Shown here piece by piece: positions 7,993-15,909 of a DNA stretch of 26,456 nucleotides. The position numbers were made by a program, and so were the translations under genes. Below the pieces are notes generated by a model. The model searched no databases. It was given only the letters and a program-made list of their open reading frames with translations, and was not told where the DNA came from. Origin of the DNA: a virus (taxonomy: Duplodnaviria > Caudoviricetes); the IMG/VR virus record IMGVR_UViG_3300027887_000043, positions 1 through 26,456 of that record; one strand, given 5' to 3'. Numbering within the stretch: the first letter of the stretch is position 1; every line of letters starts with the position of its first letter.

Positions 7993-8170
7993 TTTTATTG
8001 TCTCCTATTATTTCGATTTCGGTTAAGACTCTTTTGATTATTTTTCCTCCTATCTTTCTTTGTAAATCAATAGCATCTTGTAATTTGTCTTCAGGGAAAA
8101 AATTAACAATAACGTAATTTTTTTTTATTTTAGAAAAATGTTTTAATACATAATCAGTTGTAATATTCAT
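7979..8170 (-). CDS. hypothetical protein, 63 aa
   Basis: GAAAGGA SD. Confidence 0.7.
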   Translation of the reverse strand: MNITTDYVLKHFSKIKKNYVIVNFFPEDKLQDAIDLQRKIGGKIIKRVLTEIEIIGDNKNGKV

Positions 8171-8171
8171 T

Positions 8172-8279
8172 TTATTTCCTTTCTTCCCACAATTCTTCTA
8201 TCCAAATTCAAAAAGATATAGTACACCCCATAAAAAATATTACAATAATTCTTATTGTAAAAATAAAGAATACATTCAT
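8172..8279 (-). pseudogene. 35-codon single-TM peptide with in-frame TGA at 8208-8210 (pseudogene or UGA readthrough)
   Basis: MNVFFIFTIRIIVIFFMGCTISF*IWIEELWEERK; AAGGA SD; the read-through form ends 1 nt before the next ATG. Confidence 0.5.
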
Positions 8280-8374
8280 TTTTGATTTTCCTTCTTATAT
8301 ATTGCATAATTAACTTTAACTAAATCTCTTAAATTTTTATACTTTTCAAAAAACTCTTTTTGTTTTTCATCCAT
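8276..8374 (-). CDS. hypothetical peptide, 32 aa
   Basis: AAGGAG SD; ATGA coupling to the next ORF. Confidence 0.5.
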   Translation of the reverse strand: MDEKQKEFFEKYKNLRDLVKVNYAIYKKENQK

Positions 8375-8377
8375 AAT

Positions 8378-8554
8378 TTACTCCTTTATATTATAATATT
8401 TTTTATACCTTTGTTTATCTTCCATAGATAAACCTTCACCCTTCCAATCTAATATTCCTAAATTTTTATCTATTATCCACTGATATTCTGAAGAAAGATG
8501 AAAATAATTTCTAGGTCTTTTAAAAGACATTTCAAACATCTCTCTTTCTGTCAT
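8378..8554 (-). CDS. hypothetical protein, 58 aa (MTEREMFEMSFKRPRNYF...LGILDW)
   Basis: Hand-translated; AGGAG SD. Confidence 0.7.
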   Translation of the reverse strand: MTEREMFEMSFKRPRNYFHLSSEYQWIIDKNLGILDWKGEGLSMEDKQRYKKYYNIKE

Positions 8555-8564
8555 TTTATTTCTC

Positions 8565-8774
8565 CTACCAAAAAGAAGGAATATCTCTTTCTACTTCTTT
8601 GAAGTGAGTAACTAATTCGTCCTTATCCATAGCAAAATATATACAAGCACTTTCATCTTCCCCCGCCACAAATTGGTTGTATTTTTGACAGAGTTCCTTG
8701 TATTCACTAAGGAAAGAATTAGTTTTTCGTAATTCTTTATCTAGTTTGGAATCTTGTTCAATAGTAAAGGACAT
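8565..8774 (-). CDS. hypothetical protein, 69 aa
   Basis: GGGAGGA SD. Confidence 0.75.
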   Translation of the reverse strand: MSFTIEQDSKLDKELRKTNSFLSEYKELCQKYNQFVAGEDESACIYFAMDKDELVTHFKEVERDIPSFW

Positions 8775-8786
8775 TATTTTCCTCCC

Positions 8787-8817
8787 AAAAAAGGCAGGGG
8801 TAAGTGTACCCCTGACC
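8787..8817 (-). terminator. intrinsic terminator
   Basis: CAGGGGTA-N4-TACCCCTG followed by CC and six U on the minus strand. Confidence 0.7.
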
Positions 8818-8927
8818 TGTAGCGTCGATTGTAGAGCAATCTCGTATTAAAAATTTTTGATATATTTGTTTAGTTTTTAATAAAAAGAAGAGATTTTGTA
8901 AATAAAGTAGTGTTTTTGCTAATAAAA

Positions 8928-9272
8928 CTATTGTTTTTCTTCAGGTTTATAATCCTCTATATTATAATTAATTTTGTCCATATCAACTGACCAAGATTTG
9001 GTATATTGTTGAGTTTTAACTAAAAAAGGACGTGGGAGATTTATTTTAATAAAATTATTTACTTCAATTTGATTAGTTATTGTTACAGTTTCCTTTATTA
9101 ATTTAAAAGGTTTAGTAATTGTATAATATAAACTGAAACTAAAAAGAAAAATAAGAAAAAGTAGAAATACAAAAATTCCAATATGTTCTCCTAATAATTC
9201 TTCTCTAATGAAAATAGCAAAAGGGAATAAAGCAATAAGTATCATAATAATTATAACACAAATAAGTTCCAT
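8928..9272 (-). CDS. membrane protein with two TM helices, 114 aa (start MELIC)
   Basis: GAGGA SD; two hydrophobic stretches. Confidence 0.75.
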   Translation of the reverse strand: MELICVIIIMILIALFPFAIFIREELLGEHIGIFVFLLFLIFLFSFSLYYTITKPFKLIKETVTITNQIEVNNFIKINLPRPFLVKTQQYTKSWSVDMDKINYNIEDYKPEEKQ

Positions 9273-9273
9273 T

Positions 9274-9576
9274 TTATTCCTCTCGTAATCCAAGAGCATA
9301 TTCAACACATTGAGTATAATAATCATCCCAATTTTTTGAAGGCAAAGAATTATCATCAATTCCTTCTCGACATAAATAATTTCTAATACTCATTCCCCAA
9401 TTAGTATGGTAGGGAGAACTCCAATTAATAGGATCACGATTATACATTAACTTTATTTCTTGTTTATCATATTCTCCCAAACCTTGTAAAAGAATCTCTT
9501 TAGCTTTATGTTTAATTTCTATTGAGAGTTCTTTCCATTTATTATCATTATATTCTTTAAATTCTTGATTAGTCAT
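9274..9576 (-). CDS. hypothetical protein, 100 aa (HxxWGMxIRN motif, DUF6794-like)
   Basis: ORF with ATGA coupling; family resemblance by eye only. Confidence 0.7.
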   Translation of the reverse strand: MTNQEFKEYNDNKWKELSIEIKHKAKEILLQGLGEYDKQEIKLMYNRDPINWSSPYHTNWGMSIRNYLCREGIDDNSLPSKNWDDYYTQCVEYALGLREE

Positions 9577-9761
9577 ATTATTGGATTCCCCTTAGAAAGT
9601 TCAATGGCTTGTTGTTCAGTAAATCCTTCATCCAATAAAGCTAAATATTTAGCCCTGGTCAATTTAGCATTTAATATTATATACTCAATATGTATTTCAA
9701 TAGAATTTTTAAAATTTCTAACTGTCTCTTTCATATTTGATGGGGAATTTACACCTTCCAT
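9573..9761 (-). CDS. hypothetical protein, 62 aa (ALLDEGFTEQQAIEL)
   Basis: Packed ORF; start uncertain. Confidence 0.7.
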   Translation of the reverse strand: MEGVNSPSNMKETVRNFKNSIEIHIEYIILNAKLTRAKYLALLDEGFTEQQAIELSKGNPII

Positions 9762-9763
9762 TT

Positions 9764-9934
9764 TTATTTATCTTTATCTGGTTTTTTAGTTTTATTCCAA
9801 TAATGTTTAGCTATTTCTGCGGTTGTTCCTTTTGGTCCAAGAGCACCACAATTTTTACATTCTATTTGCCAAAGATGAATGTTAATCATTTTATAAACAA
9901 CATGATTACTTTCACAAAAAATACAGTTTTTCAT
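9764..9934 (-). CDS. Lar-family (restriction alleviation-like) zinc finger protein, 56 aa
   Basis: Hand-translated MKNCIFCES...IECKNCGALGP...AKHYWN fits the CPFC...CxxCGAxGP...WN pattern; AAGGAG SD. Confidence 0.7.
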   Translation of the reverse strand: MKNCIFCESNHVVYKMINIHLWQIECKNCGALGPKGTTAEIAKHYWNKTKKPDKDK

Positions 9935-10070
9935 AATACACTCCTTTTCTAATTTTATCTAATCTTAATTTTAAATTTTTCCGTCTATTATGTCTTTCAA
10001 AAAAATAATGAGTTGTTATTAACAAAACAGCCAACAAAATTCCAATTGGAACAAACCAGTAAATATTCAT
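9912..10070 (-). CDS. small single-TM protein with basic tail, 52 aa
   Basis: Hand-translated MNIYWFVPIGILLAVLLITTHYFF...; AGGAG SD. Confidence 0.6.
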   Translation of the reverse strand: MNIYWFVPIGILLAVLLITTHYFFERHNRRKNLKLRLDKIRKGVYYEKLYFL

Positions 10071-10071
10071 T

Positions 10072-10656
10072 TTATAATTCTCCTATTTCTTTTAAATAAC
10101 TTCTTACATCTGTTAAAGTCATTCCTGCACAAACATCCTTGTAAATAAAATTATTCCTTTTTAAATTATCTTCCCATCCTTGTTGCCGATCAACCAATAC
10201 AATTATTGTTTGTACTTTTCCAGTTTTTTCTTTTGCAGTAGTTAATGGAACTATTTTGGATTCACCATTTGTAATTACATCATCAATGATTGGAACAATG
10301 GTTCCTTTAAATTCTCCAATCATTTTAGAAAATAATCTTCCTTCTTTTGATTGATCTCTAATAGTCACATATGGTATTTTTAAATTTATAGAAATTAATG
10401 GTGCAAAACAACTGACACTATCAGGAACTTCTATAAAAGATTGAGCACCTAAATTTTTCAATGGAGTAATATACAAACCAGATATATATTCCAACGCATC
10501 TGGATTCCTTCTTGCATTTCTAAGATTGATGTATATATCAGTAGTACCTCCACTCTTCAATGGTAGATTTCCTTTTCTATCCCATTTAATAAGATCACAA
10601 TTAAAACTAATTAAATTTCTAATTACCAATTTTTTGTTTTTAATCCAATTTTCCAT
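10072..10656 (-). CDS. pyrE: orotate phosphoribosyltransferase
   Basis: LKSGGTTDIYINLR, PRPP-binding IIDDVITNGESK, VLVDRQQG; adjacent to pyrF; AAGGAG SD at MENWI. Confidence 0.88.
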   Translation of the reverse strand: MENWIKNKKLVIRNLISFNCDLIKWDRKGNLPLKSGGTTDIYINLRNARRNPDALEYISGLYITPLKNLGAQSFIEVPDSVSCFAPLISINLKIPYVTIRDQSKEGRLFSKMIGEFKGTIVPIIDDVITNGESKIVPLTTAKEKTGKVQTIIVLVDRQQGWEDNLKRNNFIYKDVCAGMTLTDVRSYLKEIGEL

Positions 10657-10669
10657 TTTAATCTTCTCC

Positions 10670-11359
10670 TTATCCCAATTGGTGTATTTCTCCAATTTCC
10701 ATTTTAGTTTTAAATAATGCTTCTAAAGGATTTTTTGCTTTTAATATAGGCTTACCAATTACCAATAAATCTGCTCCTAATTCAATTGCTTGTTTTGGAG
10801 TAACAAATCTCTTTTGATCATCTTGTTCTAAAATACTCCATTCTGGTCTAATCCCAGGACAAATTTTAATTACATCTTTTAAACTGTCTTTAATAACAAC
10901 ATCTTTTAAATCTTTTGCTGAACAAACAGAATATTTATAACCATATTCTTTTATTTTTTTAGAAAAAAATTGAACCATATTTATTACATTACTAGTATAA
11001 ATTTCTATACATTGTTCATCTGTCATGGTTGTAAGAATAGTAACTCCCACAAGAAAATCTTTTAAATAAAAACCATTTGAACATTCATTTGTATTCAATC
11101 CAGCAGCAGCATGAATTGTAATTATATCTGCCCCCGAAATTATATAATTATTGATTTCATCTATCATATCCATTGGAGTATCATGAAGTTTTGGATCAAC
11201 CATAACTTTACCATATTTTTTTAATTCTTTAATTACCAAAGGATTTGCCAAAAATCCTTTTATTTTAAATCCCCAACAGAAATCCTGAAAATTTTGAGCA
11301 TATTCTATTGCTTGTTGATTAGTCATATTTTGTAAAGCAATAATAATTTTTGAATTCAT
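10670..11359 (-). CDS. pyrF: orotidine-5'-phosphate decarboxylase (divergent)
   Basis: GFKI, DPKLHD, ITIHAAAG, VGVTILTT, PGIRP, DDQKR..TP..AI..GAD.LVIG.PI. Confidence 0.9.
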   Translation of the reverse strand: MNSKIIIALQNMTNQQAIEYAQNFQDFCWGFKIKGFLANPLVIKELKKYGKVMVDPKLHDTPMDMIDEINNYIISGADIITIHAAAGLNTNECSNGFYLKDFLVGVTILTTMTDEQCIEIYTSNVINMVQFFSKKIKEYGYKYSVCSAKDLKDVVIKDSLKDVIKICPGIRPEWSILEQDDQKRFVTPKQAIELGADLLVIGKPILKAKNPLEALFKTKMEIGEIHQLG

Positions 11360-11360
11360 C

Positions 11361-11750
11361 TTAATTTTCCTCCATTACTAAATATATGGTTTTATTTTTC
11401 ATTACTCCTAATTTAAATGCTTCCTTAGCAGAATCAACACAAACATCTATTTGATTCCCTTTTGCTTTTGGTCCCATTAAATCTTCAACAATAAAATGTC
11501 CTAAATTGGGTATAAATACTTTAGTTCCTGGTTTAACTCCTTTTTTATACATACTTCGTGAAATAGCAATAGTTCTCCGAGATTTTGGTCTAGCACCGAA
11601 AGAAGTTTTATTGTGGGGATTACCATTAATCCCTCCTGCTGATGGAGCATAAAAACTAATTTTTACATTTACTTTTGGGTAATACACTTCTTCTGTATAT
11701 CCATGAATTGGGGATAAGATGATGAAGAGCATTATTACTATTGTTTTCAT
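11361..11750 (-). CDS. secreted 3D-domain (MltA/RlpA-like) peptidoglycan-active protein
   Basis: Signal peptide; TIAIS...GTKVFIP..G.FIVED...IDV......A..LG pattern. Confidence 0.8.
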   Translation of the reverse strand: MKTIVIMLFIILSPIHGYTEEVYYPKVNVKISFYAPSAGGINGNPHNKTSFGARPKSRRTIAISRSMYKKGVKPGTKVFIPNLGHFIVEDLMGPKAKGNQIDVCVDSAKEAFKLGVMKNKTIYLVMEEN

Positions 11751-11788
11751 TCATTTCTCCTATCTCCTTTCCATGCTTGACCAAGAGA

Positions 11789-11992
11789 TTATTCCTTTAA
11801 AATTTTTTCTATAGATTTTAAAAATGTTTCACTCATCCTCCTTTGTAATTCATCTAAACAAGCATTCCATCCTTCTTTGTAAGCTCTATCCCAAGCTGCC
11901 CTTGCTACAGACATTTGCCCGGATGATCCCAATAGTACATATCTTTCTCTAAACTCTTTACTATGTTCTTGATATCATTCTTCAAATTCCAC
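11789..11992 (-). pseudogene. 67-codon ORF with in-frame TGA at codon 6 (11975-11977); pseudogene or UGA readthrough
   Basis: GTG start with GGAG SD: MEFEE*YQEHSKEF...ARAAWDRAYKEGWNACLDEL...; otherwise an unexplained ~230-nt gap. Confidence 0.6.
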
Positions 11993-12140
11993 AATTGTTC
12001 TTCTCCATATTAGAGTATTTATTTAGTCTTGTCAACAATAGATGTTGATTTCTTTTTTTTCTGTAAATTAAGTAGAAAATTAACAAGAATAAAATGCCAG
12101 CTATGGCAGCACAAATTAATTGTATAGTGTTCATCGTCAT
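11982..12140 (-). CDS. small single-TM protein next to the wall hydrolase (holin-like candidate), 52 aa
   Basis: MTMNTIQLICAAIAGILFLLIFYLIYRKKR...; ATGA overlap with the hydrolase stop; holin role inferred from position only. Confidence 0.55.
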   Translation of the reverse strand: MTMNTIQLICAAIAGILFLLIFYLIYRKKRNQHLLLTRLNKYSNMEKNNCGI

Positions 12141-12562
12141 AACTCCTTGTAAAAGATATGATTACCAATTTCTATTGTTTTTTGCATAAGATGGTGATTA
12201 TTTGTCCAACTTGGCTTAATTTGTTTAGTATGATAATGAGTTGCCCCGTTAGTATTATCTACTAATTCAAGATTTACTGCTTTACATGCAATGGCTACTT
12301 GTTTATCCAGTTTAAGATGAATAGAAAGCAAAAGATTAAAATTTGGATCACTTTCTAACCAACATGAGAACTGATATGGTTTTAAAATAACATCATGAAC
12401 AGTTTTACCATACCATCCTTGTCTTTTAAGTCTATTTATAATTACATTAGCTACTGCTTCTTGTCCTGCTGTGGATTCCCCCCGTGCTTCCCCATAAATT
12501 GTTCTAGCCATTAAATTAACACTATCCATTGCTAAAAGATAATCTTTATGTTCTTGTTTCAT
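12137..12562 (-). CDS. SleB/CwlJ-like cell wall hydrolase (Hydrolase_2), probable endolysin
   Basis: ARTIYGEARGE, AVANVIINR, PYQFSCW, TNGATHYH, IGNHIFYK. Confidence 0.92.
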   Translation of the reverse strand: MKQEHKDYLLAMDSVNLMARTIYGEARGESTAGQEAVANVIINRLKRQGWYGKTVHDVILKPYQFSCWLESDPNFNLLLSIHLKLDKQVAIACKAVNLELVDNTNGATHYHTKQIKPSWTNNHHLMQKTIEIGNHIFYKEL

Positions 12563-12756
12563 TAATTATTACTCCTATATTCTTGTTCCATACAATATCC
12601 ATTTTCATCTAAAGAAATTCTTTTCAATAAACAAATAGTATTCCCCTCTGTTTTATCACCATTATTTAAACAATTTGTATTTAAACAAGTAATTTTAACT
12701 AATGACATTAAATCTGAAGTAGCATCCACAATAATTTTCATTCTATTTGAACTCAT
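12562..12756 (-). CDS. small Cys-rich protein (DUF1540-like spacing)
   Basis: CxxxxCxNN...C...ISLDxNGxC. Confidence 0.65.
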   Translation of the reverse strand: MSSNRMKIIVDATSDLMSLVKITCLNTNCLNNGDKTEGNTICLLKRISLDENGYCMEQEYRSNN

Positions 12757-12757
12757 A

Positions 12758-13012
12758 TTACTCTACTCCTTGACAACATCTTCTATAATCTTTTACAATA
12801 TCTTCTAATATAGATTTATCTATTTCATTAATTAAATAATTCAAACAAGATTTACAAATATAAATAGTCATTTTACTTGTACTAATTCCTATAATATTTA
12901 GTGAATTTGCTTCTTTTCCTTTACAATCAAATTCAGCCTCACAATACCAATCTTTGGTAAATCCTCCATCATCCAGTTTTTTATTTTTTACTATCTTATA
13001 AGATACTATCAT
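12758..13012 (-). CDS. small zinc-finger-like protein
   Basis: CEAEFDC...ICKSC. Confidence 0.7.
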   Translation of the reverse strand: MIVSYKIVKNKKLDDGGFTKDWYCEAEFDCKGKEANSLNIIGISTSKMTIYICKSCLNYLINEIDKSILEDIVKDYRRCCQGVE

Positions 13013-13230
13013 GAATGTCTCTCCACATTGTTTGCTGGTTGTATAACTTGTTTTATACTATATTCTATTGGTTTTGAGTCCATTGGAATTTCTTCAAACA
13101 AATGAGAATTAATTCTAGACATTTTTGATTTTAAAGCAGGAAAATAAGTTTTGATATTAGTATCATAATCTGGCTTTTCAGTATAAAGCCAAAGTTGATT
13201 TTTATCATCCCTTCTGAGCCAAACTTGCAT
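13009..13230 (-). CDS. hypothetical protein, 73 aa
   Basis: GGAGGA SD; WLRRD....LWLY..KP. Confidence 0.75.
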   Translation of the reverse strand: MQVWLRRDDKNQLWLYTEKPDYDTNIKTYFPALKSKMSRINSHLFEEIPMDSKPIEYSIKQVIQPANNVERHS

Positions 13231-13248
13231 TTATTCCTCCAATTTTTA

Positions 13249-13599
13249 TCAATTAAGTTTTGCTCCAGATTTTTCTCTTTCTTTCATAGCATTAAACAAT
13301 GTTTCTATTTCATCTTCAATTAGTCTACCACAATTCTCTTCTTTTGTTCCATTTTTTTCTTCTATTTTTTCCAATATTTCTTCTGCATGTCTAGTAAATT
13401 TGTTTAACATTCCTGTTTTTGGATTTCCAAGTATTTCAATAATCATGTTAAATAAAGACTCTTCGTGTATTACAGCAACCTGTTTAACAAGTTTATCCTC
13501 TTTATTTGTAGGATTATGTTTAATAAAAAAAAGAAAAAGTTCATCACATTCATCTATAGCATTCATAATGCTATCTTTTACTTCTGTATCCAATTCCAT
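13249..13599 (-). CDS. hypothetical acidic protein, 116 aa
   Basis: AAGGGGA SD; TGA-TAA double stop. Confidence 0.75.
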   Translation of the reverse strand: MELDTEVKDSIMNAIDECDELFLFFIKHNPTNKEDKLVKQVAVIHEESLFNMIIEILGNPKTGMLNKFTRHAEEILEKIEEKNGTKEENCGRLIEDEIETLFNAMKEREKSGAKLN

Positions 13600-13602
13600 T
13601 TA

Positions 13603-13983
13603 TTAACTTCCCCTTTTATTTTTTGGATTATAAATTAATGGTTCAGTAGAAAAAAGTGTATAAAAATTTTCATCTACAAAATAATGGCTTTTAGCAACAA
13701 AAATAATCGTATTTTTATTATATTTTATTTCTTTAATACGGGAATCTTCATAAATAACTAAATCAATAAATTTCTGCAAGAATTTATCTGCAATAGGGTG
13801 ATTGGTTTTATCAGTAAATTCTAAGGGAGATGTGCTAGAAGCATAAGATTTACATTTACCAAATACTTTAAGAATTTCATCTTTATTTTCAAAAACAGAT
13901 ATTGCTTTTAGTCTTTTTCTAAGAGATTGTGTAGTATTTAAATTAAGTTTTTTCTTATTATTAGAAACCCTCGTCAAAATCAC
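13603..13983 (-). CDS. hypothetical protein, about 126 aa (start uncertain: GTG 13983 or TTG 13977)
   Basis: 3' part of track ORF 13603-14148; the upstream part overlaps another gene. Confidence 0.6.
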   Translation of the reverse strand: MILTRVSNNKKKLNLNTTQSLRKRLKAISVFENKDEILKVFGKCKSYASSTSPLEFTDKTNHPIADKFLQKFIDLVIYEDSRIKEIKYNKNTIIFVAKSHYFVDENFYTLFSTEPLIYNPKNKRGS

Positions 13984-14329
13984 TCTTTTTGATTTTAGTT
14001 GATTCCTTTTTGTTTCTTTCTTTAGCTCCTGTTTCTTTAATAGTTTCTTTAACAGTTTCTTGGATGATTTTCTCAATGTCACTTTTATTTTTTCCATCTT
14101 CAAATTCAATTTCTTCAAAATAACCCTCCCTACCAATCTCAGTAGCAATATTAGGAGAAATAGCTAATAGAAATTCTTTTATTTTAGTATATTTTTCTGA
14201 TTCTGAAAGCATATTAAAACTGCAAGTATTTTGTCCAATAAATAAATCTATATTTTTGTTATTATCATCAAACTTAATGAAATTAATGTTATCTGTATTA
14301 AAAACAAATTCTTCTATTCTAATTAACAT
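13961..14329 (-). CDS. hypothetical protein, 122 aa (start MLIRI)
   Basis: AAGGGGA SD before ATG 14329. Confidence 0.75.
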   Translation of the reverse strand: MLIRIEEFVFNTDNINFIKFDDNNKNIDLFIGQNTCSFNMLSESEKYTKIKEFLLAISPNIATEIGREGYFEEIEFEDGKNKSDIEKIIQETVKETIKETGAKERNKKESTKIKKSDFDEGF

Positions 14330-14347
14330 AGTTTTCCCCTTTAATGT

Positions 14348-14413
14348 TGGGGTTGCAGGTACAAATAGCATACATTCTTATATTCCCCTGCCATTACCGT
14401 ATGCAACGACCCC
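14348..14413 (-). other. relatively GC-rich structured intergenic element (possible ncRNA or pseudoknot)
   Basis: GGGGT...ACCCC ends; interleaved GCATAC/GTATGC and GCAGG/CCTGC pairs. Confidence 0.4.
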
Positions 14414-14422
14414 TAAAATTAA

Positions 14423-14812
14423 TTATTCCTCTTCTGATTCTTCTTCAGTAGGAATAGTTCCTTCAGCTTTATTGAGATCAATACAAGAAGAATTACCTAC
14501 CATCTCAATATGCTCTTCAATGATTACTTCTTTAATTTCTCCACGCCAACGATGTACATTAATTGGAGTTCCCCGTTTTTTATCAGCTAGATAAACTACT
14601 TTCCAATTTGTTGCAGCAATAGTTAAAGCAATTTCTTCTTCTGATTGATCAGAATTGTAAATTAGAAAATTTAATTCTCCACTTTCCCCAATTTGAATAT
14701 TATCAGCATAAATATAAATTTCTTCAGATTGAGAAATACTTTTAGGAACTTTGACACAATAGTAACAAGAGCAATGTTCAGAAAAATTTTTAACTTCATA
14801 CAATTCACTCAT
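14423..14812 (-). CDS. hypothetical acidic protein, 129 aa
   Basis: AAGGAG SD. Confidence 0.78.
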   Translation of the reverse strand: MSELYEVKNFSEHCSCYYCVKVPKSISQSEEIYIYADNIQIGESGELNFLIYNSDQSEEEIALTIAATNWKVVYLADKKRGTPINVHRWRGEIKEVIIEEHIEMVGNSSCIDLNKAEGTIPTEEESEEE

Positions 14813-14814
14813 TT

Positions 14815-15339
14815 TTATTTCTCCTTTTTAACCTCTTTTTTGTAAATATCCCGATCTTGAACAACAAATAAAAAATTTTTAAATCTTGGTTTACTTTTAC
14901 TAGACATAGTTTTAATAAAAACTTTAATCAACTCATCATCAATTTCTTTTAATACAAAGCCTTCTTCTTTAGTGGTTTTGAGAAAAGTAAATTTTTTTCC
15001 TTTGGTAGATAAATGAAATCCCAATGGATGTAAGATTTTTCTATTTATTTCATAGATTACTCCTTTTTTAATTAACCATTGTAAGTCAGATTGATTTATT
15101 GGTGTTGGTATTCCATTTGTGTGTTTATCTATTTTTAATTTTAATCTTTTTAAATCATTATCAAATCTCTTAAAAGGAAATTTCTTTACTATTCTGCCAG
15201 TTCTACAATTAATACATTTATTGGATATCAATTTACATTTTAGTTCATCCTCCTTGTCTAGTACTGATTTCAACAATTGTTTTTGGCGTAATAAACAAGT
15301 TTTAGTTGAAATCAGAGCATTATATCTTTTACATTTCAT
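14815..15339 (-). CDS. hypothetical two-domain protein (Cys4 N-terminal domain plus EINRxILHPLG domain)
   Basis: GGGGA SD; C...C...CINC; GVIYEINRKILHPLGFHL. Confidence 0.78.
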   Translation of the reverse strand: MKCKRYNALISTKTCLLRQKQLLKSVLDKEDELKCKLISNKCINCRTGRIVKKFPFKRFDNDLKRLKLKIDKHTNGIPTPINQSDLQWLIKKGVIYEINRKILHPLGFHLSTKGKKFTFLKTTKEEGFVLKEIDDELIKVFIKTMSSKSKPRFKNFLFVVQDRDIYKKEVKKEK

Positions 15340-15820
15340 AGGATTCCCCCATCAAAGGTAATAATGGAGGAAAATCATCTAAAGTTACAGGAATAAAATC
15401 AATAAATGAATCTATAATGTTAAAAAAAGGATCAGTAACTTCAATATTATTAGTAAATAAAGCAGGAATACTTAGAAGAATGGCAAATAGAATTTGAACA
15501 AATAAAAATGGGGATAAGTTTCTTCTATTGGGGATAACAAATATAACCGTGTTTGCTTTTTTTATTTTGTCAAATATAGTTAAGTTAATTAATTTTTTTA
15601 ATTCTTGTAGATAAACTGCCTTTCTATCCCGGTTATAAAGTTGAAGATAAGAAAGAATTGCTAGTTCTTTACCATCGTATTTAATTGTTCCTTTTAAAGA
15701 TAGTTGATAATTATACCCTCTTTTCTGTAGTTCCTCTTCCCATATTAATGCTGGTAAATAATCTTCCTCTTCAGCACAAATTAGAAAAGATTTCTCTTCT
15801 TTAAGTTTTAACTTTCCCAT
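15329..15820 (-). CDS. nucleoside 2-deoxyribosyltransferase-like fold protein, possibly inactive (start MGKLK)
   Basis: Pattern ELQKRGY...DKIKKANTVIFVIP...LSPFLFVQILFA....IPALF, with Q where the catalytic Glu is expected; GGAG SD. Confidence 0.45.
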   Translation of the reverse strand: MGKLKLKEEKSFLICAEEEDYLPALIWEEELQKRGYNYQLSLKGTIKYDGKELAILSYLQLYNRDRKAVYLQELKKLINLTIFDKIKKANTVIFVIPNRRNLSPFLFVQILFAILLSIPALFTNNIEVTDPFFNIIDSFIDFIPVTLDDFPPLLPLMGESYEM

Positions 15821-15838
15821 TTTTTCTCCAAAAATGTT

Positions 15839-15878
15839 AATAAAAGTAGGAAGAACCAAAGTCCCTCCTACTTTTATT
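15839..15878. terminator. bidirectional-type hairpin terminator after the histone-like gene
   Basis: AATAAAAGTAGGA / TCCTACTTTTATT 13-bp inverted repeat. Confidence 0.7.
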
Positions 15879-15909
15879 ATGTAGAAATTGTTAATGGAAA
15901 AGTTACATT

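Noticed and set aside
14348-14413. tRNA-like look (GGGGTCG...CAACCCCA)
   Set aside because: Only 66 nt, no T-loop consensus and no anticodon stem; not a tRNA
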